DNA of 63,257 nucleotides from Prasinococcaceae sp. CCMP 1430 (taxonomy: Eukaryota > Plantae > Prasinodermophyta): positions 1 to 63,257 of the forward strand of contig RQSC01001094.1 of the NCBI GenBank assembly GCA_013416795.1, given 5' to 3'. The position numbers were made by a program, and so were the translations under genes. A model generated the notes under the pieces. The model ran no database searches. It was given only the letters and a program-made list of their open reading frames with translations, and was not told where the DNA came from. Shown here piece after piece: positions 30,089 to 41,071 of this stretch (position 1 is the stretch's first letter; each line of letters begins with the position of its first letter).

Positions 30089-31798
30089 CTAGACACCGAA
30101 CCCCCCACCGGCCGATTCTGCTGCCGAGGCCGTCTCGCGCAAGAACACCTCGGCGCAGTTGGCGCCCGCGGCCGCCATCACACCGCCGCCAGGATGCGCG
30201 CCAGCGCCGCACAGATAAAGCCCCGGAACGGGCGTCGAATGGCCCGAGTACCCCGGCGCTGGGCGCTGCCACATGAGCTGGTGCAAGCTGAGCGCCGAGT
30301 GGAAGATGTTGCCGCGATGCAGCGCGAAGATCCGCTCGAGGTCGCGCGGAGTGAGCACATCCATGCCCACGATCGAGTCTCTGAAGCCGGGCGCGTGCTC
30401 CTCCACCACATTCAGCACGCTCTCTACGAACCGCGCGGTGAAACCGCCGGGGCTCGAATTCATGTCGTCCCACGCCAGCTCGTACGGCGCGTACTGGACG
30501 AAGAGCCCCACCACGTGCTTGCCCTCTGGGGCGAGCGTGGAATCCAACGCCGTCGGAATCGTCATCTCCACCACCGGGCGATCGGGCGCGATGCCCGCGC
30601 TCGACTGCCGCCACGCGGCGTCCAGCTCGCCCATGTGCGTTTCGAAGTGTATGGTCCCGCGGTGATGTGGCATCGCATCCTCGCCGTGAGGGTGCGTCGT
30701 GAATCGCGGGAGCGCATCCAGCGCGAGGTTGATCTTCATGGCCCCGCAGCTGTAGTCCGCCGCGCGCACGTGCGCTAGGAAGCTCGACGGCAGCGCTTCC
30801 TCAGGCCTCTCCAGCAGCTGCGTGAAGGTCGCCATAGGACTCGCGTTCGAAAGCACAGCAGGCGCCTCGAGGACGGCGCCGTCTGCCATTCGCACGCCAG
30901 CTACCCGCCCCCGTGAGTCCAGCACGATGCTTTGCACCTCAGCGTCCGTCTGGATCTCGGCGCCGTGATGAACGGCGGCGGCGGCCAGCGCGTCGCTGAT
31001 TGCGCCCATGCCTCCCTCAACATAAGCCCACACCCCAGATCGGCCGTCTACCTCGCCCATGACGTGGTGCAGCAGGACGTAGCCAGAACCGGCATGATAC
31101 GGAGAGGTCATGGCTCCGATCACAGCATCTGTGGCTAGGGTCGCCTTGAGTATGTCGCTTTCAAACCAGCGGTCTAGCACATGAGCGGCTGGCGCCGTGA
31201 CGATTTCGTAGAGCGGCCTCAGGCTCGCGCGATGTCGCCATCCTGCGGTCGATATTAGGCGGGCGATGGACGTGGCGCTCGCGAGCGCCCCGGCGGGCGA
31301 AGTAGCGCGCACCTCGGGCGGCGGCGCGTCGAGCAGTGGCGTGACGAGCGCGCGGCATCCCGCGAGCATCTCCTCGTACTCCGGGAGCGCGTCGGCGTCC
31401 CTTGCCGAAAATTGCGCCACCGAGGCGTGCGTTGCGTCGCGGTCGGCGCCCAGCAGCAGGCCCTTGCCGGCGTGCGGCCCCGCCGCGAGTGTGGGCGTGA
31501 AGCTCGATGGGTCACGCGGTAGGAAGGTCAGGCCGTGCCGGGTCTGCAGCTCGAGGTCGCGGATGACGCGCGGGCGCAGGAGGCCCGCAAGATATGATGC
31601 GCGGCTGAAGCGGAATCCGGGGACCAGCTCCTCGGTGACTGCGGCGCCGCCTACCACGTGCCTGCGCTCGAGCACGAGCACGCGCCGCCCCGCGCGCGCA
31701 GCGTACGCAGCTGCGGTCAGGCCATTGTGCCCGCCACCTACCACGATGGCATCGTACGCCGCCGCCGCCGCCGCAGCCACAGCGCGGCACCCGCGCAT
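30089..31798 (-). CDS. PYROXD2: Pyridine nucleotide-disulfide oxidoreductase domain protein 2 (phytoene desaturase-like FAD oxidoreductase)
   Basis: YDAIVVGGGHNGLTAAAY, VLERRHVVGGAAVTEELVPGFRFSRASYL, GYVLLHHVMG, TPRDLERIFAL..GNIFH, GLYLCGAGAHPGGGV. Confidence 0.9.
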   Translation of the reverse strand: MRGCRAVAAAAAAAYDAIVVGGGHNGLTAAAYAARAGRRVLVLERRHVVGGAAVTEELVPGFRFSRASYLAGLLRPRVIRDLELQTRHGLTFLPRDPSSFTPTLAAGPHAGKGLLLGADRDATHASVAQFSARDADALPEYEEMLAGCRALVTPLLDAPPPEVRATSPAGALASATSIARLISTAGWRHRASLRPLYEIVTAPAAHVLDRWFESDILKATLATDAVIGAMTSPYHAGSGYVLLHHVMGEVDGRSGVWAYVEGGMGAISDALAAAAVHHGAEIQTDAEVQSIVLDSRGRVAGVRMADGAVLEAPAVLSNASPMATFTQLLERPEEALPSSFLAHVRAADYSCGAMKINLALDALPRFTTHPHGEDAMPHHRGTIHFETHMGELDAAWRQSSAGIAPDRPVVEMTIPTALDSTLAPEGKHVVGLFVQYAPYELAWDDMNSSPGGFTARFVESVLNVVEEHAPGFRDSIVGMDVLTPRDLERIFALHRGNIFHSALSLHQLMWQRPAPGYSGHSTPVPGLYLCGAGAHPGGGVMAAAGANCAEVFLRETASAAESAGGGFGV

Positions 31799-32159
31799 CG
31801 CGCGCTCCCCGCGCGCCGTATGGCTGACCCTTGTGCCTCTCTCCCCCCCCCCCCCGCGCGGCTGCACACGCGCTCTCAGCGCGAGTGCGCAGCGCGCACA
31901 GAGTGGCGTCAACTGTTTCCCGACCCAATCGGCGTTCCAATCGCTTTGCACACTCCGGGCATTTCTTCCCGGCTGCCACAGGTGCGGCACCAGGGGACAT
32001 GTGCTCGCGAGGCAGGGGCACCAGCGGTGACACGGGGGGCAGCGCGACGTGACGCGGCGTCTGTGAGCGTGAGCGACGCGGTGGTGTTGCTTGTCGCCGT
32101 CGCCCTTCGCGTCGGTCCTCTGCACCTCGAGGAACGCGGCGCGCTCGCGCACTTCTCCG

Positions 32160-33740
32160 ATGGCGGCGCGACGCAATGTCACGTACCTGTGCGTGCACGT
32201 GGCCACCACGCTGCTGACGCTGGCGCTGGTCGCGAGCATCCCCGGCGCGGGTGCGGGCACGGCCGAGGCCTCGGAACTGCCGCGCACGGCACGTGTTGCC
32301 ATCGTCGGTGCCGGTGCTGCCGGTTCTAGCACCGCGCGCTTCCTCTCGCACGCTGCGAGGGACCGCGGGGCGCGCGTGGACTTGCATGTGTTCGAGGCGA
32401 CCTCACGCGTTGGCGGCCGTGTGCGCTCGCACGTCGTGGAGCATGGCGCGCACGTCGAGGCGGGGGCGTCCATCATGGTTGATGCCAATAAGTACGTCCT
32501 ACAAATGGTGCACGAGCTCCCGAACGTGACGCTTTCGCGGCCGCCAGCGGACACTCTCGGCATCTACGCTGGAGGCAGCGTGCCGCTGATGCTCACTGGT
32601 GTCGGGTCATTTGACTCGGCCGCTCTAGCGCTGCGGTACGGCCTCAGGCCGTTGCAGCGCATGCGCGCAGCCGTCTCCTCTGCCCTCGAGCGCTGGCTGC
32701 GCATCTACGAGCTCCAGTCGCGCGGCGAGGCTTTCTCCACGGCCGAGGAGCTGCTCGACGCTGTAAACTTGTTGGGGGAGACGAAGGTCAGCTTAGCCGC
32801 GGCACTCGAATCCGCAGGCATGAAATCACCACTACTCATGACTGAGCTCGTGGCGTGCTGCACGCGTGTCAACTACAATCAGCTCCCCGAGCACATCAAC
32901 GCACTCGCAGGTTTGGTGAGTATGGTGCCAATGGTGGGCTCGAAGGTGTGGAACGTGGCGGAGGGCAACGCGGCCCTCTTTGCCGCGGCGATTGAGGAGG
33001 CGCGCGCCGATTTGCACCTGCGTGCCGCGGTCGAGGGCCTGTCAGTGCAAGACGGCGACGATGGTGCGCGTTGGTCCCTCAAGCTCGCAAGCGGCGATGG
33101 GGCCGCCCAAAAAGCCGCGACAACACCCTTCGATGCCGTTGTCCTGACGACCCCGCGTGCGCTCGCCGACCAGGACCTCGTTTCAACCATCGGCGAGCTC
33201 ACGGATGCTGGGTTTCCACCCGAGCGCGTCGAATTTCGCCAGTGCCACGCGACGTTCGTGAACGGCACACCGCGTGCGGACTACTTCGGCTGGCAGCCGC
33301 GCTGGTACGCAACCGACCTGCCGCGGAAGATCATGAGCGACGCGCGCGCTCCTCCCAACATGAGCTCATTCTCCGAGTACGCGTACGCACCCGCATCGAG
33401 CAACTCCAGCGACGGCGCAGAGAGTCGCATCCAGGCACCCGCTCGTGTACACAAGATCTTCTCGGAGCGAGAGCTGAGCGATGCACAGCTCGACGGCCTG
33501 TTCGAAAGCTGGCAACGGCCGGCAGCCCGCTACCCTTGGCGCGCCTACCCGTGGCTGCGCCCGCCCGCGCGCTTCCCGCCCTTTGTGCTCAGTGAGCGTG
33601 GGTTGTACTACACCCCCGCGCTGGAGCACGGCCTGTCTGCCATGGAGGTCGCCGCGGTCGCTGCAAAAAACGTTGCGCTCCTCGTGATGAAAGGCCTGGC
33701 TGTCGGCACACCCGCTGGCAGCGATGCTTGCGCGGCCTGA
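32160..33740 (+). CDS. FCLY: Farnesylcysteine lyase / prenylcysteine oxidase
   Basis: Signal peptide, RVAIVGAGAAGSSTARFL, FE...VGGRVR, EAGASI...N.Y, TRVNYNQ, W.AYP, and LYY...LEHGLSAMEVAAVAAKNVALL. Confidence 0.85.
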   Translation: MAARRNVTYLCVHVATTLLTLALVASIPGAGAGTAEASELPRTARVAIVGAGAAGSSTARFLSHAARDRGARVDLHVFEATSRVGGRVRSHVVEHGAHVEAGASIMVDANKYVLQMVHELPNVTLSRPPADTLGIYAGGSVPLMLTGVGSFDSAALALRYGLRPLQRMRAAVSSALERWLRIYELQSRGEAFSTAEELLDAVNLLGETKVSLAAALESAGMKSPLLMTELVACCTRVNYNQLPEHINALAGLVSMVPMVGSKVWNVAEGNAALFAAAIEEARADLHLRAAVEGLSVQDGDDGARWSLKLASGDGAAQKAATTPFDAVVLTTPRALADQDLVSTIGELTDAGFPPERVEFRQCHATFVNGTPRADYFGWQPRWYATDLPRKIMSDARAPPNMSSFSEYAYAPASSNSSDGAESRIQAPARVHKIFSERELSDAQLDGLFESWQRPAARYPWRAYPWLRPPARFPPFVLSERGLYYTPALEHGLSAMEVAAVAAKNVALLVMKGLAVGTPAGSDACAA

Positions 33741-33784
33741 CCTTCTGGTGCGAATATTATGATGCGCGTATCTTACACAAGGCT

Positions 33785-36700
33785 TCAGTCCTCCATCATG
33801 TCCTCCACAAAGCCACCCACCGCTTCAGCGTCGGCACCACCAGGCGTCGACTGCTGCCCTGCGTCTGGCGGGGCCTGCGGTGGCCCGTTCGGCGAGGGCC
33901 CGGCAGCCCCGGCGGCATCGACCGCCGCAGCGGGCGCGAAGGCGGCCACGTTCGCGGGCGCAGCGGCGATGTCGCCAGCTGTTGGTTGGTCGAGTGGCTC
34001 CCGCAACTGCTGCTCCTGGGTAGAGGCCGGGGCGGGCGGGCCGCTCGTGACCCCTTCGCCAGTTGCCAAGGCACCGCCTCGGTCATCACTGGTTAGCGAC
34101 ACGTCGCGCTTAACTTCAACAGTCCCCATCGTAACGTCCTGCGTAGCCCCCAGAGTTCCGCCCTCGCTTCTCTGCCTTTTCTTCTTCTTGTCTTTCTTTT
34201 TTTTCTTCTTCTTCTCGACCGCGAGCGGACCCGCCTGCGCAGACGCCGTCGGTGCGGGCGCAGCAGAGCCTCCGTCCCCTCCAGGAGTACCCGTGGCGGC
34301 AAGCTCAGCCGTGGCACCAGAGCCAGGATTCACCACGTCTGCAGGTGAGGGAGCCACAGGCGTTGTCTTTGGCGTCCTAGTGAACTTCATTTTCACTTTC
34401 AACAACTTGCGCTGTCCAGTCGCCTCGACCGAAGCTGGGTCGGTGGGTGTCAATGCAGGCGCGCCAGGTGTGATGCCAGGAGCAGACGCGGCGGAGGCGG
34501 GCGTAGAGCTTGGAAGCGTTGTCATGGGCGCCGGTGTGACTGCGGGATGCGGGCCTTGACTCGTCGCCAACACAGGCCCCGGCGTGATTGCGGTCGCGAC
34601 CGTCGCCCCAGGCCGCCCCTCACCAGCATCGCGTCTCGAAATCTTGACCTTGAAGGTGGTCTTGGACGACATCTTCTCGGGCGAAGGGCCAGCAGCCTTG
34701 ACCGCCGACTTGCCTCCGAACGATATGGTCAGCTTCTTTGGGGTGATTGCGGGGAGGGCCGCATCCATGAAGAGATTGCCTGCACCCCCTGGCGCGCCCC
34801 CGCTCGGGGCTGTTTCTTTGAGTGGCTGAGCACGTTCCTCCGCCAGAAGCACCTTCTCGTCGATCTCCACGGGCTGCGGCAGCTTGGTAAAAGTGATATC
34901 AGCACCGTTAGCGAAAAGGTCATACCACCCTTTGTCACCGTCAGTGAAGTACACGTGAATGCACTGCGGGCCGGCGTTGGCCCTGTGTTCCACGACCTCG
35001 CCGTTGTAGCTCTTCCCCATGTGCGTCCAGTACACTTTGACTGCGGCACCCTCCAGCTGCGGCGGCGGGTACGTGCGAAGGTCCAAAAGGTTCGCCTTGA
35101 TGCCGCCGCGCGGCACCTTTGTGAACTTTTTGGGCTTCACAACGGGTGCTGCCTCTGCCGCTTGCGGTTGAGCGTAGATGGGATCGTGAGCTGCCACGGG
35201 CGCCGGCATCGCGGCTGGCGTCTGACCAACATCTGTGAATTGAATGAGCTGTGCGTCACGCGACAGGGAGAGGGTCTCTTCCGAGCCTTCCTGGTACGTG
35301 ACGACGATGGTATCTCCGTCGTGCGCGGTGACGGTGCCCGCGTAATACCCCACCTCGGGAAAGAAGATCTCGACTGGCCTGCCCACGTTGGAGGCAGGCG
35401 CTCTGCGAGCGGTCCGCTTCTTCGTGGGGGCAGCATTCTCCTGCTCGGTGATCATCTTCTCGAAAGCGTCGTCATCCTCCTGTTCGGCCTCAATCAGCTT
35501 GCTAGCCTTCGACGAGTGCGCGCGTGCGCTTGAGCGCTTGCCGCGGCCGAGCGTGTCACTCATCACCGTGGGGTCGAGCTCATCCTCGCTCATGTACTGG
35601 ATGTTGTCGTCGTCATCCACGAACTGAGCGTGCGAGAGCGGTGGGTCAGCGGGTGAGCATTTGGAACAGGGTGCTCGGCAACAAATACGGCCAGGTGGCT
35701 GCCGAGACGACAGCACGCGAGCAAATATCGCACCTGCACGCGCTCCTTCTTCTTCGTCTTCTTTTTGGGCGCTTTGGTCGTCCCGAGCTTGGTGCCGTGC
35801 GTGACGATCTTCGCAAACCCTTCCTCGATCTTGGCGGTGGCAACATACTCCACACCTTGACAGAAGTCAAGGCTCACAGCTCTGCACAGATTGCGAGGGC
35901 AGCCGCTGATCACCTGAAGCAGCAGGTACGCCACCTCCGCGCACTCACGCGCGTCGGCGCCCATTACCGGCGACGACGACGAGATGGCGGTGAGCAGGCC
36001 GCGAAGCGCAGCGAGCTCGGATGCGGAGTCGTCGCGCGGGGCTTCGACGATGAGCGTGAGGGCCGGGGCCAGCATTGCTCGCCGGACGACCGATGGGAGC
36101 GCCCGTTGTGGGTCAGACAACAGCCGCATGAGGAAAGATATGCCACCTGATCGCCCTCCCGCTTCCAGCTCCTGCGACAGCAGAATCACGAGCGCCTGCG
36201 CGCGCGCAGCAGGCTTGACGTCTCCATCGTACGCACTCGCCTCGCACAGCGCCTTGATGCTAGAAGCAACGTCTTCAGCACTGACGCCACAGCCCTCCAC
36301 GCTTGAGTGCGCAAGTCTCCCGAGCTGCTTGCAGAGTGCGCGCAGCGCGGCGCAGGAGATAGCGCCTGTGGTCGTGCTGGTGCACTTGTCGAGCTTTAGC
36401 GCATGGTCGATGGCCTTGACGACTTGCACATGCGTCTCCGAACCTCCGGGCAAAATCAGTCCCCCAAGCGCCTCGATTGTCTCCGCCGTGACGTGCTCGT
36501 CTGAGAGCACGTTGTGTGTATTATTGTTGAAGCGGAGGAGCTCAAGTAGAAAGTCGGGAGTCTCCTCATGTGCCTCCCCGTTCTCGTCCACGATGGCGGC
36601 GAGGGCCCCTGGCAGCGCTCGTCGCACGTGATACGCGTGCAGGTCCGAGAAGTCGTTCGCGCTCACCTGCCCTACCATTTGGTCAAATCGCGTGCTGCGG

Positions 36701-39528
36701 AAGTAGCGAGAGAGGTACGTGAAGGCGGCATTGCTGTGAGGACCCTGCCCAAGCAGCCCCAGCGCTCGTGCGGCCGACGCGCGAACACGTGGGTAGCAGT
36801 CTGGGTTCTCCATCGTCGTTGCCAACATCTGCAGCGTCTCGTGCGATACATTGCGCCTCAGGACCAACTCTGCGATGGCTTCGTCCTGCGCCGTGACATC
36901 CCTCTCGCGCTCTAGCTGGTAAAGAAGCGCCGACTCGGTCTGGTGGACCACCGTATTCATGAGCCACAACTTGTCTCCATTCACACGTAGGTACAGCACG
37001 TTCGACTTCGTCACGCCCTCCTCCGTCTTGGGATCGTGCATAGCCGTCGTGGCCTCTTCGCCCTCCCCAAGCGCGCTCTTTGTGCGGATGGTGCGATCGA
37101 GCGCAGAGTGAAATTGCTTGTTGCGGCTGCTAAATCTTGCGTGGCACGCCAATTCGATATGCATCCAACCCCCAGTCAAGTGCAGCCCCTTGATGTAAGG
37201 GTAGTGTGAGTAGACGCCCTCGATCTCCGTCACAGTCATCATGAGATCCCCACTCCATCCTCCTTCGCTAACACCGTCTGCCGCCGACTTCTCAACCTTT
37301 TCCGGCGTCAGCGGGACCTTGCACGCCTCAGAAAGTGGCCTCCCGACCGTGCCGTTGTGAGCGCGCGTCTTTGGCCGCGCGCGGGGTTGAGAACGTTGGG
37401 GACGAATCAGCACACGCCGGTCGGCCGCGGCGTCCAGAACGCGCAGCGGCGCGTGGCATCCGCAAGCGCGCGCGCTGAACAAGTGCTGGCGCTCGGACGC
37501 ACCTCGATGAAGTTCGCAACTGATCGGGCGGTGCTCGCCGCCATTGCTGGCGGGCTCAGGTGCACAGCAACTTCGAGCACATTGCGTTTCAAGTTGTACT
37601 CGTACGCTATCTCGCACGTGGGGCATCCCGCGCCGTACACCCACTTCGCCTCGAAGAGCTTCACCGCATCCTTCAGCAATCCCCCAACCTTGACACTAGT
37701 TTCAAGGAACTTCTCCGTGCCAATCTGAAGCCCCTTGCTCAGCGCACGTCGCACGAGCATCTGTACGACCTTGCGCATGCTTTCCTCTCCCATCCAACTC
37801 TCAAGCATGAGGACAACGCAGCCGGCCTTCTTCGATAGCATACCATCGCTGCCCTGCGCAGCCCAGTCACCCGCATTGGCATAAGGGTGCGCTGCGCCGC
37901 AACCGCTGTGGCGCATGCAGAGCGGCGGCAAGGAGCCGTCGTCCGCGGCGATGACCTCCTGGGCGACAGCATGCGCGCGCCACTTCATCTCGTTGCGTCC
38001 GAGCTGCTGCCGCCCACCGACGTGCATCAGCAGCGTCGCCAGTCCGTCGATAAGCCAGCAGTGGTGCAGCGCCTCGGGCCTGATCCAACAGCCAAACCAC
38101 TGGTGTGCGAACGCGCGCGCTACTGCGAGACGACCCTCAACCATCTCCTCGTACTGCGCACGCCTGGCGAGCAGCTGGTCATCGAAGATTGAGCACCCCG
38201 CCATGCACATGGGCTCAGCAGGTGCCACGCTGGATGGCAAGAACACCTGCATGTATCCCTCGGGAGAAGCCGTGGCGCCGTCGCTTCTAGCTGCGCGGGG
38301 TGGTGTCTCTTCTTGTAGCTCAGCCCCAGCCTCGTCTTTTGGCTTCTCTGTTGGGCGGGCGGGGCACGCCTCTCCCACATAGCTCTCAAAGAATCGCCAC
38401 ATGGACGGGAACGTTGCAGTCACGTCCCTGCGATGAGCACCGTCGATGCACGCCTGGGTCAGGGCGCGTGGGGCGACGCGAATACGCGGCGCGGTGCACC
38501 GTTGCTCGAAAACGACGGGGGGCACAAACGCCAACACACGTGCGTGTGGGCGCGCACGCGCTCTCGACAGCACAGCCAGCCCCACACGCGCATGCGCGCA
38601 CATACCTGCAAGCGTCTAGCTTCCTCGCAGGGCACAGGTACGACACCCCTTTGAGCTCGCGGTCCGGAACACGCAAGAAAGGGCCGCAAGCCACCATGAA
38701 GCTGTCGAATGCGCCTTTGCCATTCGAGAGCGGCAGTCGATACGTGTAGGCATCCCCAGCGCCGTCAAGCACGCTCCCTGGTTCGGAGCACACCAACCGA
38801 CCGCCCGTGACGGCAGAGTGCCCGCGAGGCACCGCGATGCGCAGCAGCAGCTCTGTCGGCGGGGGCAGCTGCCCTCTCGACGCCACTGTCGGCACGAAGA
38901 GGCTCATGGGGGCTCGCTTGCTCCCGAGGCGCGCCCACGGGCCGTCGAACACCACACCACCGGCACCCACGTCAACCTCAAATGCAACGGCCAATAGACT
39001 GTCGCAGGAGCTGCTCGAAGCGCAAGCAGGGAGGGACAGGACGACATCGGCGGTTGGGACCAAGCCTGCGCGGAGCTTTTCCGTGTAGCGCTCGAAGCCG
39101 AGGTCAGCAAGCTGCGCGGGTGTCGTGGACGGGTCTGGCGCCGGCGGCTTGATCGTCATGCCCGCTCCCTTGCCACGCAGCCAGCGGACCGTCGCTGGCC
39201 GCATCAAGAGCTCCTTTGCCCCGCCTGTTTGTCCATCCGCTGCGCTCGTGTTCTGACCGAATTCTGGGCAGTACGCGGTGAGCGTCCTGACACCGGGTGC
39301 GGATAGCATCACCTGAGTATCGTCCGCGCGGACTCTGAGTTCTGCGAGGCCACGCACCGAGCGTGCCTCGGCATCAACGTAGAGCGTCACGCGCTGCTCG
39401 TGAGCCGCTGGCAGCGACGGTGCCAAGGCAGCTGCTGACGATTGGGTGGCAGCGCCAACGGGATGCGCCGCCGGCGCCGCCACTGAAGCGACTACCGCCG
39501 GGGCATCATTGCCACCTCCTGCGCCCAT
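33785..39528 (-). CDS. TAF2: TFIID subunit TAF2 (aminopeptidase-N-like fold) with C-terminal Tudor-like extension, 4 exons
   Basis: ARAFAHQWFGCWI.P....CWLIDGLA, FEAKWVYGAGCP, YNLKRNVLE, QLERERDVTAQDEAI.EL, YPRVRASAARALG, NDFSDLHAYHVRRALPGALA. Introns inferred at 38605-38428, 37502-37327 and 35733-35624 (the last checked as in-frame, phase 0). Confidence 0.85.
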
Positions 39529-39765
39529 ACCCTCCGACCCACGCGCGCGAACCGCGCGTCGGCCGCCTCCGTCTGCGGCAGCAGCAGCAGCCTGGCACTC
39601 CCTCGCCGACGGCCGCACTACCGCCGATGTCGTCGACGATGCCGCCGCCCGCTGCCAAGCCAAGGCGAAATCCCTCCTCCCCCCTCCTCCGCACACACAA
39701 ACACGCATCCCTCGGCTACGCGCAGCGCCGCGTGGGGCGCTGCGTTGAGCGAGCGGTGGGGTGCG

Positions 39766-41011
39766 ATGATGCAGCAGCGGCGCGTGGGCGTCGGCGGCGT
39801 CGGCGTCGGGGGCGCTGGTGGTGGCGGTGCACGGCCCCGCGGGGTGGGGGCGTCGCTCGTGCGTATGGATGCGTTCGGCGTGGCGGAGCGCCACCTGCAA
39901 CAGCGCACAGGTGGCGGTGCGGCCGTCTCGATCGCCGGCGTGGTGATGATGGTCGTGCTCCTGGTGAGCGAAGTGGCGCACTTCGTGTCGCCGGGCGTCG
40001 AGTCGGTGATGGGCGTCGACATGCGTCACACAGGCGAGGAGAAGCTGGGAGTGCACCTCGAGCTGCGATTCCTGGCGATGCCATGCGAGCTGCTCAGCAT
40101 CGACACGCTAGACATCAGCGGCGGCCACGAGGCCAACGCCGATACGCGCATGGAGAAGACTCGCCTAGGTGCCGACGGCGCGCCGCTCACTGGCGATGCC
40201 GCTCAATACGTGCCGCCACCATTTCCAAAGATGGGGCTGCCGCTCGACGCGGCCGCGGGCGACTTGATCGTGCAGCGCGCCACTGGCGCGCTGCAGCGCG
40301 GGGAGGGCTGCGCGGTGTCCGGCCATCTCGACGTCGCGCGCGTCGCCGGCAACTTCCACGCATCAGTGCACGCCCAGTCGTACGCCGTGCTGCAAACGCT
40401 CCTCAGCAAAGAGGATCTACACGGCCGTAGCGCGCTGAACATGAGCCACACAATCGACGCTCTCAGCTTCGGGCCAGAGTATCCGGGCGTGGTCAACCCG
40501 CTCGACGGGGCCGTGCGCATAATTGAGGACGAGACGGACCTGCACGGCAGCACGAAGTACGCGCGCGCGGCGCGCTTGCTTGTTCGGGCGCCTGCAGACA
40601 TCAGCACGCTGCCATGGCCAAAGAGCTCGCTCACCGCTGACGTGTCCGCTCGCGCTCGCGCCGTCGACCCACCACTTGCGCTACCACTGGCCTTCCGCAA
40701 GGTACTTCCTCAAGCTCGTGCCGACGACGTACGTGTCCGCCCGGGGCGCCGCAGTCGAGTCTAACCAGTTCTCGGTGACCGAGTATTTCTCGCCGCCGGC
40801 CCTCGGCAGCGAGCTCGTGTCGTTGCCTGGTGTGTACTTCATCTACGATGTGAGTCCAGTCGCGGTCACACTGAAAGAAAAACGTCGCTCGATTGGGCAC
40901 CTGCTCAGTAGGCTGTGCGCCGTGGTCGGTGGCACGTTTGCCATTACGGGCATGCTGTCGCAGATGGTGTCGGCCGTTCTAGCCAGGGATGCGCTTAGGG
41001 AGGCGAGGTAG
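39766..41011 (+). CDS. ERGIC/Erv41-like ER-Golgi cargo receptor subunit, 2 exons
   Basis: DAF....RT.GG..VS, MPCELLSIDTLDISG, EGCAVSG.LDVARVAGNFH, NMSHTI..LSFG, YFLKLVPT.Y, PGVYFIYDVSP. Intron 40557-40701. Confidence 0.85.
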
Positions 41012-41071
41012 TACGGGTGTAGTTGATGGTTACGATTAATATTGCTACAGTATGATACAGCACGCGCGCCC

